A DNA stretch of 64,000 nt, taken from Candidatus Didemnitutus mandela (GTDB taxonomy: Bacteria; Verrucomicrobiota; Verrucomicrobiia; Opitutales; Opitutaceae). The notes below the pieces were generated by a model. The model was not told where the DNA came from. It did no database searches and saw only the letters and a list, made by a program, of their open reading frames with translations. A program made the translations under genes and the position numbers. This document shows positions 45,665 to 56,098 of this stretch, one piece after another. Location: positions 80,057 to 144,056 of the forward strand of contig NJAL01000006.1 of assembly GCA_002591725.1 (NCBI GenBank), read 5' to 3'. How positions within the stretch are numbered: the stretch's first letter is position 1; each line of letters opens with the position of its first letter.

Positions 45665-45960
45665 TTCGTCTCGTTCTTCTCGCTTTTGTTCGCAGTCTTG
45701 GCCACCGTTTCGTCGGCCTCCTTCACCCATCCTTCTTCGAAGAGAGATTCCCCTCGCCGCCTTTATCGTATTTTCCCAGGTTTGCTTCTTTGGCCGCCAT
45801 GACCGCTATGTCCTCTTTCCAAGCAGCCTCTTCTTCGGGGTTCAGTTTTCCGTCTTTCTCTGTGTCGTATTTTTCAAGCATCGCTTGCGACGGTTTTTTC
45901 TGTCGCTAGCACCAAGACAAAGACGGACGTGGACAAAATAAAATAAGCGCCAACATGCAT
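45661..45960 (-). pseudogene. Small EF-hand protein remnant
   Basis: MLEKYDTEKDGKLNPEEEAAWK..LGKYDKGGEGNLS contains two EF-hand-like loops; disconnected from its 5' part by a stop or frameshift. Confidence 0.55.
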
Positions 45961-45989
45961 GCTTAGCATCAGAGTGCACAAAGTTTGTT

Positions 45990-47742
45990 CATAGCGCACT
46001 CAGATTCGGTCAGCGGCAGAACCAAAGCAAGCTTCCACAGTAATCACCATGCTGCCGGAAACAACAAGCTGTTTGTGAAACATTTTGAGGTCGGCAACTT
46101 GGATCACCTTCAAGCCGGCTTCATCGCAACCGTTTTCAACAGCAAACAGGTGCGCGCCAAAGAGTTTCTCGCGAGGTTTCTTTCACCCAAGCATCACGAC
46201 GTCATCGAGTGCCTCGTAAAAGCGCGAGAAGTTAGATTCGCGTTCGACCTCCAGGCGCGCAAGTTTGAACATGGGCTGCAGCACAGCTTCACCAAACAAG
46301 CAGAGTGCAAGTATGTCATCACCAGACAACTACTTCGAACACGAGGACAAAACTGTTGTTGCCAGAGAACCCGGAGAAGCTGTCTCCCACAATTTTGGTC
46401 ACTTGCGCGAATTTCTCGGAAAAAACTCTTCGCCATGTCCTTGGTAATGGTAAGGAACGTCGCTAGCAGCGTGTTCGCTCCGCGCTTATACGCAAGACCG
46501 AGAAAAGGGCCTCTTGAAAGACAATCCGCAGATGCTGATTGAAGTAGCAGCCGCGGTCCCGTTGGGCAGCTTTATTTCCTAGAAATCAAGCGTTGCCAGC
46601 ACCGCCGTTGGGGGATTCGAGGACACAACCGTCAGTTTTTAGGGTACAATGGGTGGAAAACGCACGCAAACAATCAGCGCGAACAAACTTTCGAAGTGTT
46701 GCCAATTATAGTTTACGATACCAACAACGACCTTCGCAGCATTGAGGCGCGTTAAGGCGCGAAACTTGGACGGACATGGTTTTGTGGGCCTTGACTTCGC
46801 TAGTTATGGCCTGAAAGACAGGCCGCTCTATCCCGGACTCCAAGCCAGATTATCGATGGTGTGGACAAGCCGCGTCTTCTTGCGAACCAATCGCCAGAAT
46901 ATTGAGCTTTCACCGTACCCGAGCACCCATCGTCAGCATGTCGACCCCCCCGGCCAGCGTATCCGGATGTGCAAGGATCAGAGTCTGCCAACCGAAGCCT
47001 ACCCGGGGAAACCTACATATTTTCGAAAAAGTGCTGGTCGAGACTAGACAGCTTGGGTGCCTCGGCAGGAATAAGAACGAGCGCCAAGCAGCGACGGATC
47101 AAAGTCGCTAACGATGGGAATAGCTATATTGTTTGGTAGGTAATAGGCGACGAAATAATCCCGTAAGTTGGCAGCAAAGACAGCGCGATGCCCGATAATC
47201 GGATGCGCCGATAAAAAATTGTTATTGGAAACTGTTTCGAATGACGTCTGGCCAAAACTGCCGGTCAGGATCATCGAAGCACACTTCGGCCTCACAGAGG
47301 ATAACTTGTTTCTCCTTTTCCACCCAATCCGCCAGCAGCGTCGAACGCAAAGTGGCATCGGCCAGCAGAGCAGTGGCGACGGCCGTGTGCTCCGCAGAAA
47401 CGTCAATGTAATGAACGGTACCGGTCTAAAGTCTTGTAAACTATTGACATAGCCACCATGCGCTTGTATCATTTTTTAAATATTGCAGCTGGTCTGAAAC
47501 CACTCGATTCCCTTTAAAAGCATATATTCAAGGAAGCACAAAAAAGGACCGGGCCGACATGCGCTTTTCGTATACACTACCGATTTACACCCAAGCCTGC
47601 ACCGAGCTGGCCGGGTAATGGTGTCTTTTTTAGAAAAACGCTCAACTCGTTGAGCAGAAGGAATCGTTCTACGTTTTCACGCCGCAACCTCAGGAGCAAG
47701 ATTAAGATTTCCGGCTTACAAAGAAGCTTTGCTTTTGGCCAT
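45990..47742 (-). pseudogene. M16 (pitrilysin-family) zinc peptidase remnant
   Basis: SVQAWV*IGSVYE..CFLEYMLLKG (HxxEH lost), IQAHGGYVN, EKEKQVILCE..DDPD, HPIIGHRAVF, YYLPNN. Confidence 0.8.
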
Positions 47743-47768
47743 TTGAGTTGAGGGGAAGGGAAAGGCTG

Positions 47769-48191
47769 TCAAGCAGCTCTGAGCGAACCGCGAGGCTTGC
47801 GGGCAGGCAGAAATGGCTTCACAAACGCCTCCTCGAACGAGTAAATTTCCGCAAAGTCTTCGCGGCTATCGTTTTCTGATTTGCTGAAAATATTATAATC
47901 GATTAGGCTAAAAACAATATCGCCGAAGTCCGAACAACGCGTAACTCCCCAAGCGTTCAGGACCGTTTTCGCAAGTGGCCCAAACTGGTCGAGGGCGTAG
48001 CTGCGGATACCTCCTAGAAGCTCGAAACCGCTGACATGCTGCGGCTTCTGATTGCTATGCGGTTGTTGCTTCTTCAAATTACGTACCGTAGCATCAAGCG
48101 ATTGTCGCACAAAATAATAAGCTCTCCGATCAAACCGGTTGTCCTTCTTGCAAATTAGAGTTACTATGTGATTAAACGCACTGTCTTGCAT
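47769..48191 (-). CDS. Conserved Planctomycete/Verrucomicrobial protein (Minf_1886/TIGR04138-like)
   Basis: DNRFDRRAYYFVRQSLD, HVSGFELLGGIRSYALDQFGPLAKTVLNAWG, DFGDIVF, SKSENDSREDF. Confidence 0.8.
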   Translation of the reverse strand: MQDSAFNHIVTLICKKDNRFDRRAYYFVRQSLDATVRNLKKQQPHSNQKPQHVSGFELLGGIRSYALDQFGPLAKTVLNAWGVTRCSDFGDIVFSLIDYNIFSKSENDSREDFAEIYSFEEAFVKPFLPARKPRGSLRAA

Positions 48192-48389
48192 CCGATTAAG
48201 TAAGATTCCTACCACAACTCGCTAAAGCCTGCAACTCCGCTCTTGGAAGATTTGCAAGACTGCGTAGCGGGGGCGGTCCTTCTCCCCAAGCAGAACCGGC
48301 CATGGTAAAGCTTTCGCTAGTCTTTCTTCTAGTTAAACACTTTACAAAGCGCCTTCGCATAGTCTTGACATCGGCTCTGGTAATGAAGG

Positions 48390-48444
48390 TATCAAGGATA
48401 CTCCTAAGCCATCGGTGCCCGATGACTTAGGAGCACCCTTGATA
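48390..48444. repeat. Inverted repeat with 26-bp arms (23/26) and a 3-nt loop
   Basis: tatcaaggatactcctaagccatcgg-tgc-ccgatgacttaggagcacccttgata. Confidence 0.9.
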
Positions 48445-48855
48445 AATGGAGAATTCTTATTAATTGTCGAGATTACCGCTAATTTGTCATCTTTTGCAAT
48501 CAGCCAAGCCTAGCCGCTGTCAAACTCTTCTCACACCGTCTCGTTGGGAGCCCCCTGCATCGCTTCGATCGAACCGAATCCGCGTTTAGTAGCAGCAGTT
48601 AGGACGTTCAGCACGGAAGCGGCGCTACCTGGAGCGATGGTCTCTAAAAAAGCGTGTAATTCAAATGACCGCCGGCGCTATTTTTCACCCGGGTACAAAT
48701 GTCCGCAAAAGCCTTGATCAGGTCCTTCACGAGTTCCAAAGATGCCTTCACCAGAAGGTTGCGGGATACAAAGATTTTGCTTTAGTGATTTATGCTTAAT
48801 AAGCTTTGTTGTAATCAATTTGAATAGTCACCGCAACGATATCGATATGCGATTT

Positions 48856-48881
48856 TAATGTGTTATGGCCATAACACATTA
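48856..48881. repeat. Perfect 26-bp palindrome
   Basis: taatgtgttatggccataacacatta. Confidence 0.95.
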
Positions 48882-49329
48882 TGGCGGCAATTCCCAGTCG
48901 ATCGACGACGTCCCGTCAGCTCCTTCCACCCCGCTAGCAACCGACAGTTTGCTCACACCCAAAGCAAAAATTTCAAACAATTCCCCCGCAAAAAGGAGAA
49001 GAATCATAGGTATTAATTACTAAATAAACTGCTGCCTCCACCGAGATTTGGTAAACCTCGACTCCAAACTGAGCCGGAAGGTTTAGCGGTTAAACCCCAC
49101 CTTTTCGATGTGATAAAATACCTACTCTGGCTGGGGTCAAACAAAAATAGATTTAGAGGGACGCATTTACGAAAACGCGCAACTAAGCGCACACGTTGAG
49201 TATTGCCTCTCGCTGAGTGAATCGGACCGGAGTTTTCTAGGTGCAGTTCTTTTTACACTTTCCCAAGCTTTGACCGGTAAGGAACCACCCAGCGAAAACC
49301 AAGCCGGTCAGCGATATTATTGTAAAGAT

Positions 49330-50200
49330 CGAATGAACGTCAGTTCTGTCGCAGCATTTTGTGGGGGCTTCCCGTCCCCCGGACGGGGACGGGGAAAGAG
49401 GCGTTTCTCGAACAAATATGCCGCTACGCCAATACACTCCGGAAAGTTGGTTTACCGAGGAAGGAGCCAAGCTCCAAAGCAAAGCGCTTGGAGCGAATGG
49501 GTCTTCGCGGCATTGACAACCTACCGGTTCGTTATGTTTATACAGTCGCAAGGCACACGATCTCACACTGTGAGATGGCATCTACCACTTGCTGGGAAAA
49601 TCGTTTACGGCGCTTTCTCGCGAAGTTACGGGCCGCCCATCAACCGGGACTTGAAATGGTGTTGGAAGTTACAGCCCCATTGGGAGTTAGAATCCCATGA
49701 ATACAATCATGCCTGTTGGTGTCCCCCCCAAATATATAAAGAATGTCCCATCAAAAATGCTCCCCTCTATCGAAAAATGGTATGGGCCTCGAACAGATAA
49801 ATGCCAAACGGGTTCAACAAAACAAAGTATATTACTTTTCAAATACCAAATAGGTTTTTTAAAATCCCGACGACCTTCCGTTTTGGATAGAAGGCTACAA
49901 AAGTCGGCTTCGACTTTTCCAAAGCTCCAAAGTTTTTCGTCCAAGCCCAAGGCCAGCAGACAAGGAATAGGAACCGCGCTACTAATTTCCTGCGACTTGA
50001 GGTTAATCCAACGCACTGAATCACTGAATAGAACCTCCGCAAGGCCCTGCCGTGGAAACGATGCCAGGCGGAAAAATGCGGATCTGTACCGTAAAACTGT
50101 GGATGAAATTTCCCGAGCTGTACCGGAGACCGGTTAAACAAGCGATAGCGAGAAAAACATAACTCGCCGGCTGCTGGATCGTCCCACTGAGCACGGACCA
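49330..50200 (+). pseudogene. HUH rolling-circle replication initiator remnant
   Basis: Across frames: WSEWVFAALT (motif 1), NRLRRFLAKLRAA, RDLKWCWKLQPH (motif 2 region), MLPSIEKWYG, INAKRV..VYYF (motif 3 region), PDDLPFWIEGYKSRLRLFQSSK. Confidence 0.55.
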
Positions 50201-51437
50201 ATAAATCGAAGTAAAGCATGAGCACAGAAAACTCAACAGCGATCGCATCCCCCACAGCACAGCCACAGTTTAACAACGGACTATAATCCCAAGGGCACGG
50301 TCAATCGCCGTATACACTGAAGCAAAAGACAAATAACAAGTAAACCGCCATCAAGGGTTCGAACGGTGAGCAAACCTACACGTTGCAGCATTGCCACGAC
50401 GACAAAGTCATTACACTCCGCAAAAGATCTTCGCAATAGGTAACGTTGCTGGCCACCTATGCGGAAAAAAAAGGGCTGCATCATCATCAAAGGTTTTTTC
50501 TTTTAAAATGGCTTATCCCTGCCCGAGCATTAGCTCTGTAATGCTCAGCAAGTTCGGGCCTGTAAAACGCTGGCACGGACACAAAACATCCTTAGGGTAT
50601 TGCTTCAGCGTCACGGCTCATTTAAGCAATTGGGGAGCGACAGTGCAAACTTAGTTACTAGAATTAATCGTCAAAAAAAATTCAAATTTTTACGCTGGTC
50701 TTTATTTTTCTCGCGGAGGGAAGAAGAAACCGCGAGCCTGGATGCTTACTCTACGCGTTGCGCCCCAATTTCATAGAAGGTTAGCCCACGCAGGGGGAAA
50801 TAGCAAAAAGCATTCGGATATGCCTCAGAAACGTGATTGGGTTAATTTTTCTGGCAGCAATTTAGGGACCGTTTTTTAATTTAGAAACTAGAATTATTTC
50901 CCCCCTTTTTGAACACACCAGCGTATCGGCGTGTGGGGGCCGAGAAGCACTAATCACAATACTAATATTACGAGTACTCCATTTGGACGCTTGGTAGTTA
51001 CAGGTGACATTGCAAGGACTGGGACCGCTCGAGCTATTAAGACCGGAAGTACTGGGAAAGCATCTGCGGTAGACGGCCGGAATGTGCCGCCTCGTTCCCT
51101 TTTCCCCTGTTAATTATCAATATAACTGAATAACTGACTTTCCGTTGTTTTAGCCGCGCCAAACAAAGATATGTATATGTGTTACATTTATCCTTGGACG
51201 CTTTAAATCACTTTAAAATCGCTATTCGAACCGAATTAGCGCGGGTTCAATGTGCGATGTACGCGCTTACTGCTGTGACTGTGGCAGTTCTTTAAGGTGA
51301 TAATCTTGTGTTCGTTTTCTGCCGGAAGCGATATTACTGTCTGCACCTTCTCCAAATTTAGAGCTTAGGAACGCAGGCCAATTTTATTTATGGAACGTCA
51401 ATTTTTGATTCATACCACGATCTTGTAGCAACGAAAA

Positions 51438-51880
51438 TATATTTTATATATACTATATATACTATAATTAATATAAATTTATATTATATTTTATAATAGT
51501 ATTTTAACAATAAAATTTATATTTTTATAAAAATAATTTACTTTGATCTTATTATTAGAAAATTTTAAATCAATCTAATGTCTATTTTAGGAAAGTTATT
51601 TTTATAAAAAATCAGTTTCAAATTATTCATATAAATAGTCTGAAATATTTCAGATATATCTTATGTATAATTCGAAAAGTCTATATATTTATCGAATTCT
51701 TGATAAATATTTTTAACCCTTAAAACCATAACGGTAATTTAATTTATTAAAATACTTAGGCTATTTTTAAGATTTAATTTGGTTGTTTTTTTAATAAAAT
51801 TATGTTAATAATCAACAAAAAATCCTTATAGTATAAATATATTTTAAAAATCGAAAAAAATTTCCGTTAAATAAAGTTAA
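51438..51880. other. Extremely AT-rich tract
   Basis: Roughly 85-90% A+T by eye (line 51481 has 2 G/C in 60 nt) against a background near 50%. Confidence 0.9.
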
Positions 51881-52930
51881 ACGAGACAAAAATTTAGCGA
51901 GGAGAGGAAACCCAAGCTAGTCGCCCTCACACAATATATACCCAAGACCAACATATTGCCGAGAAACGCGTGTACAACATCATCGCCAAAAAATCAGTTG
52001 GAGCAGGAAGGACAAATTGCGCACACCAAAAGCCCGGCAAGACGCAAACGACAGCCTTCGTTGACCGGTACCTTGGTACCGGCTTGTGCCCAGAACCTCA
52101 AAAGGGAAAACTTCGATACAAAACACATCCACAACACACTTGGACGAGTCCAGCGCGTTGTTCAAGACTGTAATTGGCAGCGGCTTCCCCAAGACATTCC
52201 GGCACCAATTTTTTCACTCAATGTAGAGGCAGGATTCCCCGGCTCAGCCAAGACACAGAAAGGGTATTAGGTATTTTTAAGGTTTTTTAAACTGGCTCGT
52301 TCGCGTCAAAGAACTGGAGCCCCGTCCTCTCAAGTGATTCGAGTGGATTGACACATGAGAAAAACAGGTCCGCTCCTATCGGGCCTTCATAAAATAGGGA
52401 ATCCATGCCTTGTTGAGTACAGTTTCTCCGGAACGCCATGTTTGTGTTGCTTACCTTGCGTTCCTCGTTCCTCTACACCAACAAACGCTGCAGAGAAATC
52501 GGTCGCGTGTTAGTCGCTGAAGGTTTGAAACTTGTAGGGAAGAAACTTGGGAGGGCCAGAAATTTGTTTTATATTGAGACAACAAAAGATAGGAGCGCTT
52601 TCGCGTTTCATCCTGATCTGATCCTTTGGCGGCGAATTGTGCATTTTTATTCCGCAGCACGCAGCCCAGCCGACTTAGTATTTTTGAATTTTCCGAGCTA
52701 CGATGTCCCCTTTCAGGGCCATCATAGCTCGCTAGCATCAAACGATGTGGTACTTTCGGCTGTATTGTGCACTTCTACTTTTCCCGTAAGACGCAGCGGC
52801 AAATGACAGGCGCCAGTACCAGGATTTCACATGCAAATCGCAAAAGTCCCCAACTATTCGCGATTCGGCCCTGATCGCGAACGTTTAGACCGAGTTTGCT
52901 GCTGTAGGAGCGAGGAGCGCATGAGGAAAC
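51880..52930 (+). pseudogene. Tyrosine recombinase/phage integrase remnant
   Basis: DQHIAEKRVYNII..EQEGQIA, KHIHNTLGRVQRVVQDCNW, SAKTQKGY, NWLVR, KQVRSYRAF, FLYTNKRCREI (catalytic Arg box), ETTKD, HFYFSRKT (HxxR), DSALIANV*TE (Tyr position mutated to stop). Confidence 0.78.
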
Positions 52931-53158
52931 CGAAGAGCTTTCTTATTTTTTATGTTTTTCTTTTTTGTGTTAGATAAGATAATTAATATACAAAAAACTA
53001 ATACACAAATACATGCAATAAAGTTAAAAACAGATCTTTTCGGACAGTTTCACGAACTCGTCGTAAGTCTGTAAGTTAAATTTGTGAGATCTTGGGGGAA
53101 GATATCACAAAGTTTTTCGAAATCGAAAACCACCTATTCTATTTTAGGTGGGAGGATA

Positions 53159-53233
<75 letters not shown>

Positions 53234-53465
53234 AAATGGCTTACAGGGCAACCCGGTCCCTGTAGAGGAAGATAAGTTAATAAAAAAGGAAAAGGTAGTA
53301 CTCCGGCGTTGTCAACACCACCCCCGCAAGTTTTATTTTTCACGCTCCAAGACGAAGGGTTTTCATTGTACCATCTCGGATCGAGCTTAGTTTATTTTAT
53401 TTTCTTTTAACACCTAAATTCTATGTTAGACTATAGACTAATTTGGAGTTTGAGGGAACGAAAAC

Positions 53466-54071
53466 ATGAAGAGGCACAAACTTAACATTCTAACCCGCCA
53501 GGACACCGGGAGCAATGCTTCCCGCCGTCTGCGCAAGGTCAACAAAATCCCGGCCATTCTCTATGGGAAAGACATCAAGCCGGAACCCATGGCTGTCAAT
53601 GCAGCTGAGTTCAGCAAACTCCTCAAGGAGATCGCCGGCCGCGCGACCACCATCGAACTCACGCGAGATCAAGGTCAAGGTGCCACAACCCTTTCCTTTT
53701 TGCAGGAAATCCAACGTGACCCTATTACAGACCGCTACCTGCACGTCGATTTTCAGAAAGTGAAGGAAGACGATAAAATGGTAGCCAATGTGGCGGTCCA
53801 TACCGTCGGCGAGTCCACCGGCGTGAAAAACGAAAACGGCGTGCTTGAAATCGCCTCTTATCACCTTCGTCTTCGCACCCTGCCAAAGGACTTACCAGGA
53901 CTAATAGAGGTTGATGTATCGGACTTGAAGGTTGGCGGCAGCATACATGTTAACGAGCTCAAGCCAATCTCCGGAGTCGAGTTTCTCGACGACCCGAACC
54001 AGACCGTCGTTCTTTGTGTGGCTCCGCAGGAGGAAGCCGCTGTTGATGCTGCCGTTCCCGCAAAGAAATAA
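53466..54071 (+). CDS. rplY: 50S ribosomal protein bL25 (Ctc form)
   Basis: ASRRLRK..IPAILYG, EIQRDPITDRYLHVDF, LPGLIEVDVSDLKVG. Confidence 0.95.
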   Translation: MKRHKLNILTRQDTGSNASRRLRKVNKIPAILYGKDIKPEPMAVNAAEFSKLLKEIAGRATTIELTRDQGQGATTLSFLQEIQRDPITDRYLHVDFQKVKEDDKMVANVAVHTVGESTGVKNENGVLEIASYHLRLRTLPKDLPGLIEVDVSDLKVGGSIHVNELKPISGVEFLDDPNQTVVLCVAPQEEAAVDAAVPAKK

Positions 54072-54133
54072 TTATTTTACCGAGGCAGCTCCCCCCGCCC
54101 GAGTAAGCAATCCCTTTCCCCTCGATCGTTGCC

Positions 54134-54715
54134 ATGTACGCCACCTTAATCGCTGGGCTTGGAAACCCTGGCCGCAGCTATGCTGGCACGCGCCACAACC
54201 TTGGGTTTGTTATCGTCGATGCCCTTGCCGCAGCCGAAAGACTTTCGTGGAAGCACGAATCTCGCTTCGATGCTGAGGTCGCTCGCTGGGAATCGCGTCC
54301 AGGGGTCACGCGTTGGCTCGTAAAGCCGCAGACTTTTATGAACGAATGCAGCCGCACTCTGGGCCGACTAATCGATTTTTATAAAGTTCCAATCGATGAC
54401 CTGACTGTCGCTTACGACGATTTCACGATTGACGTGGGGTTGGTGAAGATTTCCGTGCGCGGCAGCTCCGGTGGTCACAATGGCATCGCCAATCTCCTCA
54501 AACACCTTGGCAACGGTTTTTCCCGTTTCCGGCTTGGGATTAACTCGCCAAGACCAGCGGACATGGACATAGCAGATTTCGTTTTGGGGAAATTTTCCCC
54601 CTCCGAGCAATTTATCATCGATCAAACTTTACCAACGTTCGTCTCCAGCCTGTGCCTTCTTCTCGATCAAGGCCCCGACCGCGCGATGAACATCCTAAAC
54701 CGCAGGAAAAAATGA
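54134..54715 (+). CDS. pth: Peptidyl-tRNA hydrolase
   Basis: GLGNPG..YAGTRHNLGF, KPQTFMN, GGHNG, RLGI. Confidence 0.95.
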   Translation: MYATLIAGLGNPGRSYAGTRHNLGFVIVDALAAAERLSWKHESRFDAEVARWESRPGVTRWLVKPQTFMNECSRTLGRLIDFYKVPIDDLTVAYDDFTIDVGLVKISVRGSSGGHNGIANLLKHLGNGFSRFRLGINSPRPADMDIADFVLGKFSPSEQFIIDQTLPTFVSSLCLLLDQGPDRAMNILNRRKK

Positions 54716-55008
54716 CAACAACCAAGCGTAATTACCGCGCCACTTTTATCATCGACAATCGCGGGAAAGAAGATTCCGTAGATCAGCTTATCGAAAACCT
54801 AAAGAAAGAGGTTATTTCCGTCGACGGCGAAATAATCGCCGTAGAAAATCACGGCCGCCGCGATTTCGCGCGCAAGACCAACCCCAAGTTTTCCTCCGGC
54901 ATCTATGTCAGCATCGCCTTCGCCACCTCCTCAGACGGCGTCGCTCGGCTTAGTGAGCGCCTTCGCCTCAACAGCTTTGTTTATCGCGTCCTCGTCGAAA
55001 ACTACTAA
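54712..55008 (+). CDS. rpsF: 30S ribosomal protein bS6
   Basis: MTTTKRNYRATFI..GRRDFAR..GIY..VYRVLV; ATGA overlap with pth; lies just before ssb. Confidence 0.88.
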   Translation: MTTTKRNYRATFIIDNRGKEDSVDQLIENLKKEVISVDGEIIAVENHGRRDFARKTNPKFSSGIYVSIAFATSSDGVARLSERLRLNSFVYRVLVENY

Positions 55009-55044
55009 ACTGCCCCCCGCCTTCGCTCTATCACTACTACTACT

Positions 55045-55509
55045 ATGGCCAGTCTCAATAAAGTCATGCTCATCGGCAACCTCACGCGTGACCCGGAATT
55101 GCGAGTGACGCTGAAAGGAGCTCCAATCTGCACCTTCAGTCTCGCCGTAAACCGCAAGTTTCGCGACGAATCAGGGACCGACCGCGAGGAAGTGACCTAC
55201 ATTGATATCGAAGCCTGGGGCAAAGCTGGCGAAAATATTTCCAAATACTGTATCAAAGGCCGCCCGCTCTTCGTCGAAGGCCGCCTGCGCTTCGATCAGT
55301 GGGAAGACAAGAACACGAAAGAAAAGCGCAACCGCATGAAAGTCGTTTGCGAAAATTTTCAATTTCTCAGCAAAAGCCGCGGCGAAGGGGACGGGATTGA
55401 AGGCGGAAGCCGTTATTTCTCCCCTACTCCCAGGAGCAGTGCTAGCAGTGCTCCGCACCAGCCAGATTCAACCAAGCAAGAAACCCTCGAAGAAGACATT
55501 CCGTTCTAA
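55045..55509 (+). CDS. ssb: Single-stranded DNA-binding protein
   Basis: LNKVMLIGNLTRDPE, VEGRL, C-terminal EEDIPF. Confidence 0.96.
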   Translation: MASLNKVMLIGNLTRDPELRVTLKGAPICTFSLAVNRKFRDESGTDREEVTYIDIEAWGKAGENISKYCIKGRPLFVEGRLRFDQWEDKNTKEKRNRMKVVCENFQFLSKSRGEGDGIEGGSRYFSPTPRSSASSAPHQPDSTKQETLEEDIPF

Positions 55510-55540
55510 AAGCTAGGCGAGCGTCACCATCCCATACATA

Positions 55541-55576
55541 TTTAGCTTACTCCGATCATTTAGCTCACTCCGATCA
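55541..55576. repeat. 18-bp tandem duplication (17/18) just upstream of rplI
   Basis: tttagcttactccgatca / tttagctcactccgatca. Confidence 0.9.
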
Positions 55577-56052
55577 TGGCTCACAGCAAAGTCCTTCTTC
55601 TCAAACCAGTCAACGGCCTCGGCACCGAAAGCGAGCAGATAAAAGTCCGTGCCGGCTACGCCCGCAACTTCCTCTTCCCCAAAAGGATCGCCGTCCCGCT
55701 CACCCAGTCGAATCGTAAGCAAGTCGATGCACTCAGAAAAGCCCGCGCTCTGCGCGAGGCCAAGGAGCTCAACGGCGCCCAAGAGCTCGCGGAAAAGCTC
55801 CAGAAGACAAATCTAGCCATCGCCGTAAAAACCGGCGTAGGTGGCAAGCTCTTCGGCGCCGTTACCACAAACGACATCCACAAAAAGCTTGGCTCCGCGG
55901 GTATCGAGATCGAAAATCGCCGCATCCAACTCGGCCAGCCGGTCAAGACCCTCGGTAAACACGAAGTCAAAATCCGCCTCCACCCCGCAGTCAGTGTCGA
56001 GCTTTCTTTCGACGTCGTATCGGAAAATCCAATCGATCCAGCCCAGGAGTAA
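55576..56052 (+). CDS. rplI: 50S ribosomal protein bL9
   Basis: VRAGYARNFLFP, GKLFGAVT, PVKTLGKH..RLHP. Confidence 0.96.
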   Translation: MAHSKVLLLKPVNGLGTESEQIKVRAGYARNFLFPKRIAVPLTQSNRKQVDALRKARALREAKELNGAQELAEKLQKTNLAIAVKTGVGGKLFGAVTTNDIHKKLGSAGIEIENRRIQLGQPVKTLGKHEVKIRLHPAVSVELSFDVVSENPIDPAQE

Positions 56053-56098
56053 GATATTCCGCCATTACGCTACCTTGTAATTTTAAAGGACAAGCAAA

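Larger units (their letters stand above)
48300..48900 (-). pseudogene. sodA: Fe/Mn superoxide dismutase remnant
   Basis: HNTLKSHID, RVKNSAGGHLNYTLF, GFGSIE, FDSG*AWLIAKDDKLAVIST, YLHYQSRCQDY..VFN*. Confidence 0.85.

Noticed and set aside
51438-51880. Chromosomal oriC call for the AT tract
   Set aside because: No convincing DnaA-box cluster, and the tract lies inside the att-bounded element. It is kept only as an open question.
53081-53111. Inverted repeat tttgtgagatctt-ggggg-aagatatcacaaa between the integrase and tRNA-Asn
   Set aside because: The repeat is real, but I cannot tell a tRNA terminator from an integrase binding site, so no functional call is made.
55509-55576. Absence of rpsR between ssb and rplI
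   Set aside because: There is no remnant in the gap, and the rpsF-ssb-rplI order without rpsR is to my knowledge usual in this lineage, so it is not evidence of loss.
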